Shown here piece by piece: positions 54,551 through 63,590 of a DNA stretch of 64,000 nt. The notes under the pieces were generated by a model that was given only the letters and a program-made list of their open reading frames with translations, made no database searches and was not told the origin of the DNA. The position numbers were made by a program, and so were the translations under genes. Position 1 is the stretch's first letter. Each line of letters starts with the position of its first letter. Source of the DNA: an uncultured Clostridia bacterium (lineage in GTDB: Bacteria > Bacillota > Clostridia > Oscillospirales > JAAYOS01). The stretch spans positions 48,571 through 112,570 of the forward strand of contig CANQDU010000005.1 of the NCBI GenBank assembly GCA_947593925.1. The letters run 5' to 3'.

Positions 54551-55297
54551 CTATATTAAGGACGCAATGAGCCACGAGGCGACCTGCGCGGGGGTCACAT
54601 TTGCTCTCAACATGTCCTCCGCGCGGGACGCGAGATCGGCTCCTCGAAGGGCGCGGGACGCGAGCTGCGGACTTGCCGCCGCCGCATTAGCCAGCGTGCT
54701 CCGCGCCTCTTCGAGTTTCCGAACGGCTCCGTCTCCTTTCAGCTTTGTAAACGGTGCGAACGCCTCCGTGAGCGCGCTCTTAGAGCGGACTCCGCGCACC
54801 AGCGCGCGGGCGAGCGCGCGGGCGTCTCCCTCCGGGGCAGCCGGCGCGGCCTCGTCCTCATCCTCCGCGCGGACAAGGCCGCAGCGCGAGCGGACGGTGC
54901 CGAGCAGCGCGCGCGAGTTTTCGCACACAAATATGAATATGCAGGGCGTGGGCGGCTCCTCGACCGTGGCGAGCAGGGCGTTCTGCGCCGCCGCGTTCAT
55001 CCCGTCCGCGCCGTGGACGAGGAAGACCTGGCGCGCCGCCTCGTTCGGCTTCACCTGCGCCGCCTCACGCATGGCGCGCGCGGACTCGATCTTTATCGCG
55101 CCGCGCTCGTCCGGCGTGACCTCGTGCAGGTCGGGGTGCGCGCGGCTGAGCGACTTGCGGCAGTCCTCACAGACGCCGCAGGGCGCGTCCGGCGCGGAAC
55201 ACAGCGCCTCCCGCGCGAGGCGGAACGCGAGAGCTTCGCGCGCGGCCTCGCTCCCGCCGGTCACGATATAAGCGTGAAGTCCGCCCAAAATGCCCAC
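54551..55297 (-). CDS. holB: DNA polymerase III delta' subunit
   Basis: 248 aa: HAYIVTGG, CGVCEDCRKSLSRAHPDLHEV (Zn module), QNALLATVEEPP. Sits next to the yaaQ homolog as in B. subtilis. Confidence 0.8.
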   Translation of the reverse strand: MGILGGLHAYIVTGGSEAAREALAFRLAREALCSAPDAPCGVCEDCRKSLSRAHPDLHEVTPDERGAIKIESARAMREAAQVKPNEAARQVFLVHGADGMNAAAQNALLATVEEPPTPCIFIFVCENSRALLGTVRSRCGLVRAEDEDEAAPAAPEGDARALARALVRGVRSKSALTEAFAPFTKLKGDGAVRKLEEARSTLANAAAASPQLASRALRGADLASRAEDMLRANVTPAQVASWLIASLI

Positions 55298-55328
55298 TTT
55301 GTCGACTTACCTCAACTTTTCCGATGGT

Positions 55329-55661
55329 TCACATCTTCTCGAAGCGATCGACGGAGAGCACGAACACCGTCGCGCCGCCGACCGTCACCTCCACCGGCAC
55401 GGACGGGTGGTAGCCCGCCATCGCCGTGGACGTGTCCGGCCGCATCGGGATGGTCTGGCGGCGGCTGCGGCTCGACTTATGTATCACCGCGAGCGCCTCG
55501 TCGACCTTGTTGTCCTCAACGCCGCAGATGATCGTGGCGTTGCCCGCCATGAGGAAGCCGCCGGTCGTCGCCAATTTGGTGACCTGGAAGCCCTCGTGCG
55601 TCAGTTCGCGTATGACGCGCTGCGAATCGTCATGGCTTACGATAGCGAATATCAGCTTCAT
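55329..55661 (-). CDS. darA: PII-like cyclic-di-AMP receptor DarA (YaaQ/DUF970)
   Basis: 110 aa: MKLIFAIVSHDDS..FQVTKLATTGGFLMAGNATI..VEVTVGGATVFVL closely parallels B. subtilis YaaQ as I remember it. Confidence 0.85.
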   Translation of the reverse strand: MKLIFAIVSHDDSQRVIRELTHEGFQVTKLATTGGFLMAGNATIICGVEDNKVDEALAVIHKSSRSRRQTIPMRPDTSTAMAGYHPSVPVEVTVGGATVFVLSVDRFEKM

Positions 55662-55663
55662 GT

Positions 55664-57100
55664 TTATTCCTCCCTTGTCTCTGTTTCGGGCGCGCTCGAG
55701 AGGACGCGCACCCCCGTGTTTACATTATAACCTATTCCGCTGAGAAATGCGATAGTTTTTTGTGAAATTTTCTCACCGGGCAGAACGACGGGTATTCCGG
55801 GCGGGTACGGCGCTATCGCGTCCGCCGCGACGCGCCCCGCCGCCGCCGCGAGCGGGACGCGCTCGGACGGCGCAAACATCGCGCGGCGCACGCCGCACAC
55901 GCGCTCCGGGCGCGGCATCGGCGGTATCGGCGCGGACGCCGCCGATGCGCCGCAGAACTCCGCGGCGCAGGCGCGGAGCGCGGCGAGGAGACGCGCGAAG
56001 GTCTCCTCCGTGTCCGACGCCGTCATGATGAACACGACGTTCCGCGCGTCCGCCATCTCCGCCGCGACGCCGCGCTCGCGCTCGAGCCACGCGGCGGCGG
56101 CGCGGCCGTCCGCGCCGTCGAACGAACAGACGAAGCGGCAGGGGTCGAGCGCGGCGCCCACATTATATATGGTATGCGGCGCGCCGAGGACGCGCACGCC
56201 CGGCGTCTCCGCCGCCTCCGCGCGGAGACGCCGGGCGCGCTCCGCCGTGCGCTTGAGAGCGTCGCGGCCCGCGGCGCTCGCCGCCTCGGCGAGCGCGAGG
56301 TCGAGGCTCGCAAGCACCGCGTAGGACGGGCTCGACGAGCCGAAGAGGCGCATCGACTCGAGCATCGCGCGCTTCGCCGACGGCGCGCGCCCGCGTGGGA
56401 AGCTTCCGAGCGCGAACGCGCCGCCGCCGAGGCTCGAGAGCGTCTTGTGCGCCGAGAGTGCGAAGATCGCCTCACAACGGCGGTCGAGGCCGAACAGACG
56501 GCTGTCCCAGACGAGGTGCGCGCCGTGCGCCGCATCGACGAGCAGGAGGACGCCCGCCTCCGCACACGCCGCGCTTATGGCGGGAATGTCGCTCATGACA
56601 CCGTAGTAAGTCGGCGAGGTGATGTAGACCGCGTCGTACTCCCGCGCGGCGAGCGCGCGTGAAAGCGTGTCCGCCGAAATACCCGCAGATATATTCCATG
56701 TGTTGTTGTACTCGGGGTATATATAGTCCGCCTCGCCGCCGAGCATTCCGAGCGCCGCGAAGAAGGCGCGGTGCGCGTCCCGCGCGGCGAGGACGCGGAG
56801 CGTGTGACCCGCCTCCGCCGCACGGCGCGCGGCCATGCCGAGCATGCCCTGTATCACGAGCGTCGAACCGCCGGCGGAGTAGACGCAGAAGTCCGCGCCG
56901 GCGGCGGACGCCGCCTCGTCCTCCGCCTCGCGGATGACGTTCGGCTCCGGGTCGTAGAGGTCGCCGGTGTCCGAGAGCTCGGTGAAGTCTATCGTCTCGA
57001 CCGGGACGCCGAGGCGCGGCACGCCCTTGTGTCCTGGCATGTGGCCGCGAAGCGTGTCCCGCGCGGCGCGGTCGAGCAGTCTTTCATAGAGTTTCGGCAT
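55664..57100 (-). CDS. Orn/Lys/Arg decarboxylase family (PLP fold type I, YaaO-like)
   Basis: 478 aa: HMPGHKG N-terminal motif, SAHKTLSSLGG (PLP Lys), C-terminal PYPPGIPVVLPGE. Confidence 0.8.
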   Translation of the reverse strand: MPKLYERLLDRAARDTLRGHMPGHKGVPRLGVPVETIDFTELSDTGDLYDPEPNVIREAEDEAASAAGADFCVYSAGGSTLVIQGMLGMAARRAAEAGHTLRVLAARDAHRAFFAALGMLGGEADYIYPEYNNTWNISAGISADTLSRALAAREYDAVYITSPTYYGVMSDIPAISAACAEAGVLLLVDAAHGAHLVWDSRLFGLDRRCEAIFALSAHKTLSSLGGGAFALGSFPRGRAPSAKRAMLESMRLFGSSSPSYAVLASLDLALAEAASAAGRDALKRTAERARRLRAEAAETPGVRVLGAPHTIYNVGAALDPCRFVCSFDGADGRAAAAWLERERGVAAEMADARNVVFIMTASDTEETFARLLAALRACAAEFCGASAASAPIPPMPRPERVCGVRRAMFAPSERVPLAAAAGRVAADAIAPYPPGIPVVLPGEKISQKTIAFLSGIGYNVNTGVRVLSSAPETETREE

Positions 57101-57109
57101 AGCGTCACC

Positions 57110-58048
57110 TCATATTATAAAGTAGGGGGTGAAGAGCATCATAAGGGGGATCGTCACGATGCTGAGGAGCGTCGTCACACTCACGATGGCGGAGCCGTAC
57201 TGCTCGCCCTCGCGCAGTCCGAGCAGGTTTGAGAACATACTGACGAGCGCCGCCGACGGCGCGCAGGTCATGATGTAGCTCGCCGTCGCCGCGTCGTGCG
57301 GGGCTTTGAGGAGTATGTAGAAGGGTATCGTGAGCGCCGGGACGACAAGCAGGCGCAGAGCCGCGACCTTCCATACGCCGGGGCTCGTGAGAGCCGACTT
57401 TATGTCCGCGCGCGCGACGAAGCCGCCTATGACTATCATCGCGAGCGGCGTGTTGAGGTTTGCGACGTGGCCTACGGCGCTCGCGAGCGGGCGCGGAAGC
57501 GTCACCGGCAGGCAGAACAGGAGTATGCCGAGAAGCGAGCCTATCACGCCGGGGTTGAGGACGGCCTTCCGCGCCGTCTCGCGCGCGGAGCCGCCTCCGC
57601 CCGCGAGGATCATCCGACCGAAGGTCCACGCGCCGATGTTGAACGCCATGACGCCGCAGCTCGCGAACACCACCGCGTCGTCCCCGAGGACGGCCTGTAT
57701 CAACGGTATGCCCATAAATCCGCAGTTTGAGAATACCACCGCGAACCGCTCGACGCGGCTCCGCTCGCTACCCCCGCGTATCAGCAGGAAGGCGCAGGCG
57801 AGCGCCAGCGCCATACCGAGCACGAAGAGCAGCGTCCCCATGCCGAGCGCGCGCAGAAGCTCCCACTCGAACTCTCGGTTGAAGCTGTTCATAAGCACCG
57901 CCGGCGTGACGAAGTTCAGCAGTATCTTGTTCATCTGCGCGCTGCCCTCCGAGGTGAGCATCTTCGTCTTCACCGCGATAAAACCCACCGACATCAGCAG
58001 GAACATCACGAGTACCTGCGTCGCCGTGACCTGTGCCGTTTCGTTCAT
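57110..58048 (-). CDS. AEC (auxin efflux carrier) family transporter
   Basis: 312 aa, about 10 TM. N-terminus LVMFLLMSVGFIAVKTKML..LNFVTPAVL typical of the AEC family. ATG follows ggaggg. Confidence 0.8.
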   Translation of the reverse strand: MNETAQVTATQVLVMFLLMSVGFIAVKTKMLTSEGSAQMNKILLNFVTPAVLMNSFNREFEWELLRALGMGTLLFVLGMALALACAFLLIRGGSERSRVERFAVVFSNCGFMGIPLIQAVLGDDAVVFASCGVMAFNIGAWTFGRMILAGGGGSARETARKAVLNPGVIGSLLGILLFCLPVTLPRPLASAVGHVANLNTPLAMIVIGGFVARADIKSALTSPGVWKVAALRLLVVPALTIPFYILLKAPHDAATASYIMTCAPSAALVSMFSNLLGLREGEQYGSAIVSVTTLLSIVTIPLMMLFTPYFII

Positions 58049-58179
58049 CGTTTGCCCTCCGTAAGCAGTTTTACCCAAACATTTTACACCATACGGCACG
58101 GACGGTCAACCTTTTCGCTTGACCGGGCGCTCATAACGTGGTAGGATTGAGGAAAAGACGGATAAGGAGGCGGCGGCGG

Positions 58180-58950
58180 ATGGTGGTGCTGTGCATAGGC
58201 GACGTTGTGGGCGAGACCGGGCTTCGCTGTGCGGAGCGGCTGCTCGGCGGGCTGAGAAGGTTTTACGGCGCGGACTTTGTTGTCGCGAACGGAGAAAACG
58301 CCGAGGGCACCGGCATAACCGGCCGCGACGCGGAGCGGCTGTACGTCGCGGGCGCGGACGTCGTGACGCTCGGCAACCACGCCTTCGCGCGCCGCGAGAT
58401 AGCGGCGCGGCTCGAGGACGACCCGTACCTCCTGCGCCCCGCGAACTTCACCTCCCGCGCACCCGGCAGGGGCTGGGGAGTGTTCGACGCGAACGGGGGA
58501 CGGCGCGTCGCCGTGGTGAACCTCATGGGGCGGCTCTTCATGGATTCGAACCTCGACAACCCGTTCTTCCTCGCGGACAGAATACTCGCGGAGGCCGGTA
58601 CGCCGTTCGTCGTCGTGGACTTCCACGCCGAGGCGACGAGCGAGAAGGCCGCGTTCGCGTACTACGTGGACGGGCGCGTGTCCGCGGTGTTCGGCACGCA
58701 CACGCACGTCCCGACGGCGGACGCGCATGTGCTGCCGGGCGGCACCGGCTTCATAACCGACGTCGGCATGACCGGCGCGGAGCAGTCGGTGCTCGGGATA
58801 GCGCCGGAGGCCTCGATAGCGCGGTTCGTGGGCGAGCTGTACGGCGGCGCGCGTCAGGCGAAGGGCGGCGCGGTGCTGATGGGCGCGCGCTTCGAACTCG
58901 ACGACAAAACGGGAAAGTGCGTCGCCGTGGAGAGGATAGAGGCGCGGTAG
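58180..58950 (+). CDS. ymdB: YmdB-type metallophosphoesterase (TIGR00282; 2',3'-cyclic-nucleotide phosphodiesterase)
   Basis: 256 aa: VLCIGDVVG, VVANGENAEGTGIT, TLGNHAF, VDFHAEATSEK, GTHTHVPTAD. Confidence 0.9.
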   Translation: MVVLCIGDVVGETGLRCAERLLGGLRRFYGADFVVANGENAEGTGITGRDAERLYVAGADVVTLGNHAFARREIAARLEDDPYLLRPANFTSRAPGRGWGVFDANGGRRVAVVNLMGRLFMDSNLDNPFFLADRILAEAGTPFVVVDFHAEATSEKAAFAYYVDGRVSAVFGTHTHVPTADAHVLPGGTGFITDVGMTGAEQSVLGIAPEASIARFVGELYGGARQAKGGAVLMGARFELDDKTGKCVAVERIEAR

Positions 58951-58969
58951 CGCCGCGTGAAAGTAAGAA

Positions 58970-59007
58970 CCTCCTGCCCGTAGTGACGGGCAGGAGGTCT
59001 TTATTTA
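58970..59007 (+). terminator. Intrinsic terminator after ymdB
   Basis: ACCTCCTGCCCG tagtga CGGGCAGGAGGT then CTTTATTT. Confidence 0.75.
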
Positions 59008-59206
59008 CGGCCTCGCAGAGTTTCGCCGAAGCCGCTTCCGCGCCTGTTCGCGCGGTTGAAGTTGCTTGCCTTGGCAAGCAACTTCGCGCAGGGCGATTCA
59101 TTCGCCCGAGCACGTTTATTCGGAAGGGCTCCCACGCGGTCGCTGACCGCGCGGGAAATTGGTAAGGGGCAGACGAAGTCTGCCCCCGCGATTTCCCGCG
59201 AAAGTT
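59008..59206. repeat. Modular multi-hairpin repeat, one unit in reverse orientation plus H0
   Basis: M7' cctcgcagagtttcgccg, H4' ccgcgcctgttcgcgcgg, H3' gttgcttgccttggcaagcaac, H2' gggcgattcattcgccc, H1' cccacgcggtcgctgaccgcgcggg, H0 cgcgggaaat..ggggcagacgaagtctgcccc..atttcccgcg. Confidence 0.85.
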
Positions 59207-60367
59207 TTATCTTCCCGCCGCGAGGCTCATTCTGATGAGCGGCGCTTCGAGCGGCGACATGCTGTTCTCGCCGTCGCGGCCGAGCTGGCCGCCCGAGTTC
59301 GAGCCCCAGAGATAGATGTTCATGTTCTTCGTCATTGCCATGACGTGCGCGCGTCCGGCGGAGAGGCTTATGACCTCCTTCAGACCCTCGACCGTGCCGG
59401 GCGTCCAGTCGGGCGCACCGCCGGTGTCGCGGCCGAGCTGACCCTCGTCGTTTGCACCGAAGGTTCGGACGTTCCCGTCGCCGTCGGTCACGGCGAAGAA
59501 CCCGTCCCCTCCGACGAGCGAGTACGAGCCCGGAAGCGAGCTCACCACCGCCGGCGCGTCCTCAAAGCCGGTTTTGACGCCGACGTCCGGCGTCCAGAGC
59601 CACACCTTTGCGTCGGCATCGAGCACGGCCATCGCGCCGCTGCCGCAGACGACCTGTATCGCGTGCTCTATCGGCAGCATCACCGCGCCGCCGATGGCGG
59701 TCTCCGGCGCGTCCACGCAGTCGCCCCAGACCCAGACGTGTCCGTCCATGTCAAGCGCGGCACAGAGGCCGTCCCGCCCGGCGGCTATCTGACTTATGCC
59801 CTCCAGCTCGCCCACGCGGACGGGGACGTTCGTGAAGCGCAGAGTCTCCGGGTCGGCGCCGAGCTGACCCGCGGCGTTGTCGCCCCAGCCGTAGACGCGC
59901 CCGTCCAGCATGCGGACAAGCACGTACTTCGCGCCGGCGGCTATCTGCTGCGCCTGCGAGAGATCCGTCGGGACTATGCGCACCTCGACGTCCGGGTCGG
60001 CCGCGTTCTCGTCGTAAGCAAACCGAACTATCCCGCCGGTGGAGACGGTGGAAGCGTCTCCGAACGGCAGGTCGGCTATCGTTCCCGCGCCGTAGAGCCC
60101 GTTCGCGGTGAGAAGTATCGCCGTCGTGTCGGTGAGCGCCACGTCAAGCACCAGCTCCGGCGTCTCGAGCTTCGCGGGGGAGGACGACGCCTCCGCAAAG
60201 AGCGACGAGTCTCCGTAGAAGTAGAACTCGTCATCGCTTGTGAACTCCATCGAGAGGTCGCCCTCGGCCTCAAAGGAATATATCGCCGCGGAGACGCATC
60301 CGCCGCTCATCAGCAGAGCGGCGGCAAGCGACAGCGCCAGCGCTCCGCGTATCAACCGTTTAAGCAT
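59207..60367 (-). CDS. RCC1-repeat (beta-propeller) lipoprotein
   Basis: Lipobox LAAALLMSGGC. Repeated (V)Y(G/V)WG.N..GQLG blades (VYGWGDNAAGQLG, VWVWGD, FGANDEGQLG, LWGSNSGGQLG). Confidence 0.8.
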   Translation of the reverse strand: MLKRLIRGALALSLAAALLMSGGCVSAAIYSFEAEGDLSMEFTSDDEFYFYGDSSLFAEASSSPAKLETPELVLDVALTDTTAILLTANGLYGAGTIADLPFGDASTVSTGGIVRFAYDENAADPDVEVRIVPTDLSQAQQIAAGAKYVLVRMLDGRVYGWGDNAAGQLGADPETLRFTNVPVRVGELEGISQIAAGRDGLCAALDMDGHVWVWGDCVDAPETAIGGAVMLPIEHAIQVVCGSGAMAVLDADAKVWLWTPDVGVKTGFEDAPAVVSSLPGSYSLVGGDGFFAVTDGDGNVRTFGANDEGQLGRDTGGAPDWTPGTVEGLKEVISLSAGRAHVMAMTKNMNIYLWGSNSGGQLGRDGENSMSPLEAPLIRMSLAAGR

Positions 60368-60379
60368 AGCTCCTCCGTA

Positions 60380-61282
60380 TCAGTTCTCGGTATGCAGTGC
60401 GAGGCGCTTTGCCGCGTACTCATACGCCGCGCGGTAATCGCTCCGCTCGCGGCTCGCCTGTTCGAGCGCCGCATAGATGTCGTCGAGCAGCATGAGGCCG
60501 CCGTCGTTTGCCGCCGCGCTCTCCGCGACGCGCAGCTCCTCCGCCGCCGCGTCCGCGCTGCCCTCGGCGAGCAGGGAACGTCCCCTGAGGTAGTGGCGCA
60601 TGGCGCGCGCCCATGCGTCGCTGTGCTCGGCCGGCTGTTCCGACTCGATGTGCTCGAACCGCTCCGCGAGCCAGAACTGCTCGATTATGCCGGTGCGCTC
60701 GGCAAGTCCGCCGCGCTTCTCCTCCTCACGCAGGAGGCGCGCCGCCTCGCGCCCGTCCGCCACTATCGACGGATTTTTCGAGCGGACGGCGCAGAGCATT
60801 ATTATCTGGTAACATTCCACCGCGACGTCGCCCATATAGTAAAGGCTGCTCTCGTTGTGCTTGAGCGCTTCGCGGGCGTATGCGCGGGCGCGGTTCATGT
60901 CGCCGCGCCTGTACTCGCCGCGCGCGAGGCCGACAAGCGCGAGCGCGCGGAGCGCCGCTATCTCGTCCGAGCGCTCGGCCTCCGCTCCCTCGGACTGCTC
61001 GAGCAGCGCGAGAGCCTGCGTAAAGTCGCCGCGGCGGTACGCCTCGCGCGCGCCTTCGACGCCCCGCCTCTCGCCTCCGCCGGACTCGCTGCTCCCGCTG
61101 AGGAAGTAGCTCGACGGCAGCCCGAGGCGCTCCGCTATATAGTTGAGCGTCTTTATCGAGGGCGTGGCGGAGCCGTTTTCTATCTTGGACAGCATGTTGC
61201 GGGTTATACGGTCGCCCGCGACCTGCCGCTGGGTCATGCCCTTCGACTGGCGCACCTGTCGGATCTTATCGCCCATCGTCAT
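60380..61282 (-). CDS. XRE-family HTH regulator with TPR-like C-terminal domain
   Basis: IRQVRQSKGMTQRQVAGDRITRNMLSKIENGSATPSIKTLNYIAERLGL (HTH_3), then helical repeats (ALALVGLARGEYRRGDMNRARAYAREAL..). ATG 61282 is 8 nt after ggagg. Confidence 0.8.
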   Translation of the reverse strand: MTMGDKIRQVRQSKGMTQRQVAGDRITRNMLSKIENGSATPSIKTLNYIAERLGLPSSYFLSGSSESGGGERRGVEGAREAYRRGDFTQALALLEQSEGAEAERSDEIAALRALALVGLARGEYRRGDMNRARAYAREALKHNESSLYYMGDVAVECYQIIMLCAVRSKNPSIVADGREAARLLREEEKRGGLAERTGIIEQFWLAERFEHIESEQPAEHSDAWARAMRHYLRGRSLLAEGSADAAAEELRVAESAAANDGGLMLLDDIYAALEQASRERSDYRAAYEYAAKRLALHTEN

Positions 61283-61496
61283 ACGGAAAACCTCCATTCA
61301 TATACACGTCCGTGCGGCCGGCGCGAGCGCCGGTTCCTCACGGACTGAACGACCGTTGCGGCCGGTTGAATTTCCTTTACTATGATATTGTACCACATTT
61401 CGCCCGACGTGACAACCCCGAAAAAGATAACTTTGCTTACTTTACACCGAACCGCCGGTATGATAACATATATGTTATAACTGACGGAGGGAAGAT

Positions 61497-61934
61497 ATGA
61501 AAAAGGTCACGGTCTACACCGACGGTTCCTGCTCCGGCAATCCCGGCCCCGGGGGCTGGGGCGCGGTGCTGATGTACGGAAAGCATAAGCTCGAGCTCTC
61601 CGGCGGAGAGCCGTCCACTACGAACAACCGCATGGAGCTCACCGCGGCGGTCGAGGCGCTCTCGCGGCTCAACGAGCCGTGCGAGGTGGAACTGTACAGC
61701 GACAGCCGCTACCTCGTGGACGGTCTCGAAAAGGGCTGGGCGGCGAGCTGGAAGAAGCGCGGCTGGCGCCGCAAGGACGGCGCGCCCGCGCTCAATCCCG
61801 AGCTCTGGGACAGACTGCTCGAGCTCACGGGCGTCCACAGGGTCACGCTGCACTGGGTCAAGGGTCACGCCGAGAACGAGTGGAACAACCGCTGCGACGA
61901 GCTCGCTGTCGCCGAGACAAAAAAATTCTCATAA
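61497..61934 (+). CDS. rnhA: Ribonuclease HI
   Basis: 145 aa: VYTDGSCSGNPGPGGWGAVL, TNNRMELTAAVEAL, LYSDSRYLV, WVKGHAENEWNNRCDELA (DEDD residues present). Confidence 0.95.
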   Translation: MKKVTVYTDGSCSGNPGPGGWGAVLMYGKHKLELSGGEPSTTNNRMELTAAVEALSRLNEPCEVELYSDSRYLVDGLEKGWAASWKKRGWRRKDGAPALNPELWDRLLELTGVHRVTLHWVKGHAENEWNNRCDELAVAETKKFS

Positions 61935-62082
61935 TCAAATGTTCAGGGGCGGTGCAAAAAGCACCGCCCCGATGCTTCCTTGTCCGCTTCCGGCGGCCTT
62001 CGCGCCGCCGGAAGCGGACAAGCCGGACGCGCGCCCGGTGCGGACATCGGACCGGTTCGGCATCCGTACCCTTTCCCGAAAC

Positions 62083-62115
62083 AAATCGCGGACGCATGCG
62101 CGTCCGCGATTTTTT
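62083..62115. terminator. Bidirectional terminator (rnhA / DUF4340 gene)
   Basis: AAATCGCGGACGC atgc GCGTCCGCGATTTTTT. Confidence 0.75.
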
Positions 62116-62123
62116 CAAAGTCT

Positions 62124-63590
62124 TTAGTTCGGCCTCGGGAGCTCGCCGCCCTCATCGAGAATAGTGAATGCGTCGGAGATCTTCGTCAGGACGTCTCTGT
62201 GGACCGCAAAGCCGGTCTCCTCTCCGTCGAGGAAGGCCGCGTAGCGGCGCGAGTTCAGCTCGTAGAGCTCGAGCGTGACCGTCTCTCCGTTGTTTCTCGT
62301 GACGACGAAGCGGTACGCCGGTCTGCCGGGAAGTGTGACCCCGTCGGGGTCGTACGCCTCGTAGACCTGAACTGCTATGACGTGGGCAAACAGGCGGCTC
62401 GCGTTCTGGGAGCTTATCGCCTTGCCGTCTACCGAGCCGGAGACCGTGCCGGTCTTGTTCTCCTCGGTCGGCTCTTCATAGCTGAGCTCGAGGGTATGCT
62501 CGCCCTCCGGAGTGAAGAACTCGACCTTCGCGACGTCGCGCACGTTCTCGGTGACAAGGAGCTTGAAGAGCAGATCGACGTAGTTCACGCTGAACAGCGC
62601 GTCCGAGACATTCTCGGCGGTGAGTATCGTGTCAAGTCCCTCGACCATGACGTAGGCGTTCGAGCCGACGGTCTTGCCGATGTAGTAATGCACCTCGTCG
62701 CCGCCCGTGTTCTTCAGCCAGACCTCGCGCGGCGCGTCAAAGCCGTACTCGGAGAGCTGTTCGTCGGTCGGGTCGTCGATGAAGATGCCGTTTACCGTTA
62801 TCGCGACCGCGACGTTTATCAGCTTGTTCTCGACCGCATCGTCGGTGCAGAGACCCTCGAACGGCTCCTCCATGAAGAAGCCGGAGGAGAGCTCGCCGCG
62901 CTCCTCCTCGGTGGCGGCACGGACGAGCATCTCATAGTCCGTCGCGGGATCGACGGCGCGGACGTAGGTTATCTCTCCGTTCGTCTCGTAGGTCATCTGG
63001 TCGGTGTCGAAGTAGTCCGGGAAGAACTCGTAGGTGCGGTAGTCCATCTCGCGGCGGGTGAGCTGACTTATCGAATACGCGCCGACGGCGTAGACGTTCC
63101 CGTCGCCCACGGAGCAGTAATAGCTGTTGTTGAGGGCGGTGGGGGCGCCTACCTTGAGGGTGTAGTCCCTGTCCTCGCCGAAGCGCACCTCTATGCGCCA
63201 CACCGGCGCGTCAAGGCCGTACTGCGAGAGGTCGTCCGGGTTCTCCGCCACGGTGGAGAGGCTCGAAAGCGTCGCCGCGTTTATGGCGGAGGCGCGGATG
63301 GCGTCCGGGTCGTAATTCCAGCCCTCGCGCTTCGGCTCCACCGTAAAGTCGCCGTTCCCGTCGGGAAGGACGGTGTTCATCAGCGTACCGTCCGCATCGT
63401 ACACGCGGATATAGCTGAGGTCGCTGAACTTCTCGTTTATGAGGTACTTCGTCTGTACCGGCGCGGAGCTCGCGTCCGGCGAGGCGGAAACGTCCGTATT
63501 CGCTTCGCCGTCCGGCAGCAGGAACACCAGCGCGGTGATGCCTGCGAGCAGCGCTATAACTATCGCCGCGATTATCAGCTTCTTTTTCAT
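62124..63590 (-). CDS. DUF4340-domain protein (partner of GldG-type ABC accessory proteins)
   Basis: 488 aa. N-terminal TM MKKKLIIAAIVIALLAGITALVFLL. The start overlaps the upstream stop (ATGA). The family call comes from context and overall pattern. Confidence 0.6.
   Translation of the reverse strand: MKKKLIIAAIVIALLAGITALVFLLPDGEANTDVSASPDASSAPVQTKYLINEKFSDLSYIRVYDADGTLMNTVLPDGNGDFTVEPKREGWNYDPDAIRASAINAATLSSLSTVAENPDDLSQYGLDAPVWRIEVRFGEDRDYTLKVGAPTALNNSYYCSVGDGNVYAVGAYSISQLTRREMDYRTYEFFPDYFDTDQMTYETNGEITYVRAVDPATDYEMLVRAATEEERGELSSGFFMEEPFEGLCTDDAVENKLINVAVAITVNGIFIDDPTDEQLSEYGFDAPREVWLKNTGGDEVHYYIGKTVGSNAYVMVEGLDTILTAENVSDALFSVNYVDLLFKLLVTENVRDVAKVEFFTPEGEHTLELSYEEPTEENKTGTVSGSVDGKAISSQNASRLFAHVIAVQVYEAYDPDGVTLPGRPAYRFVVTRNNGETVTLELYELNSRRYAAFLDGEETGFAVHRDVLTKISDAFTILDEGGELPRPN

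Noticed and set aside
61946-61970. Hairpin GGGGCGGTGC aaaaa GCACCGCCCC just after rnhA, considered as a terminator
   Set aside because: It is not followed by a T-tract. The hairpin with a T-run at 62083-62115 is the better terminator call. The first hairpin may still pause or stabilise transcripts.
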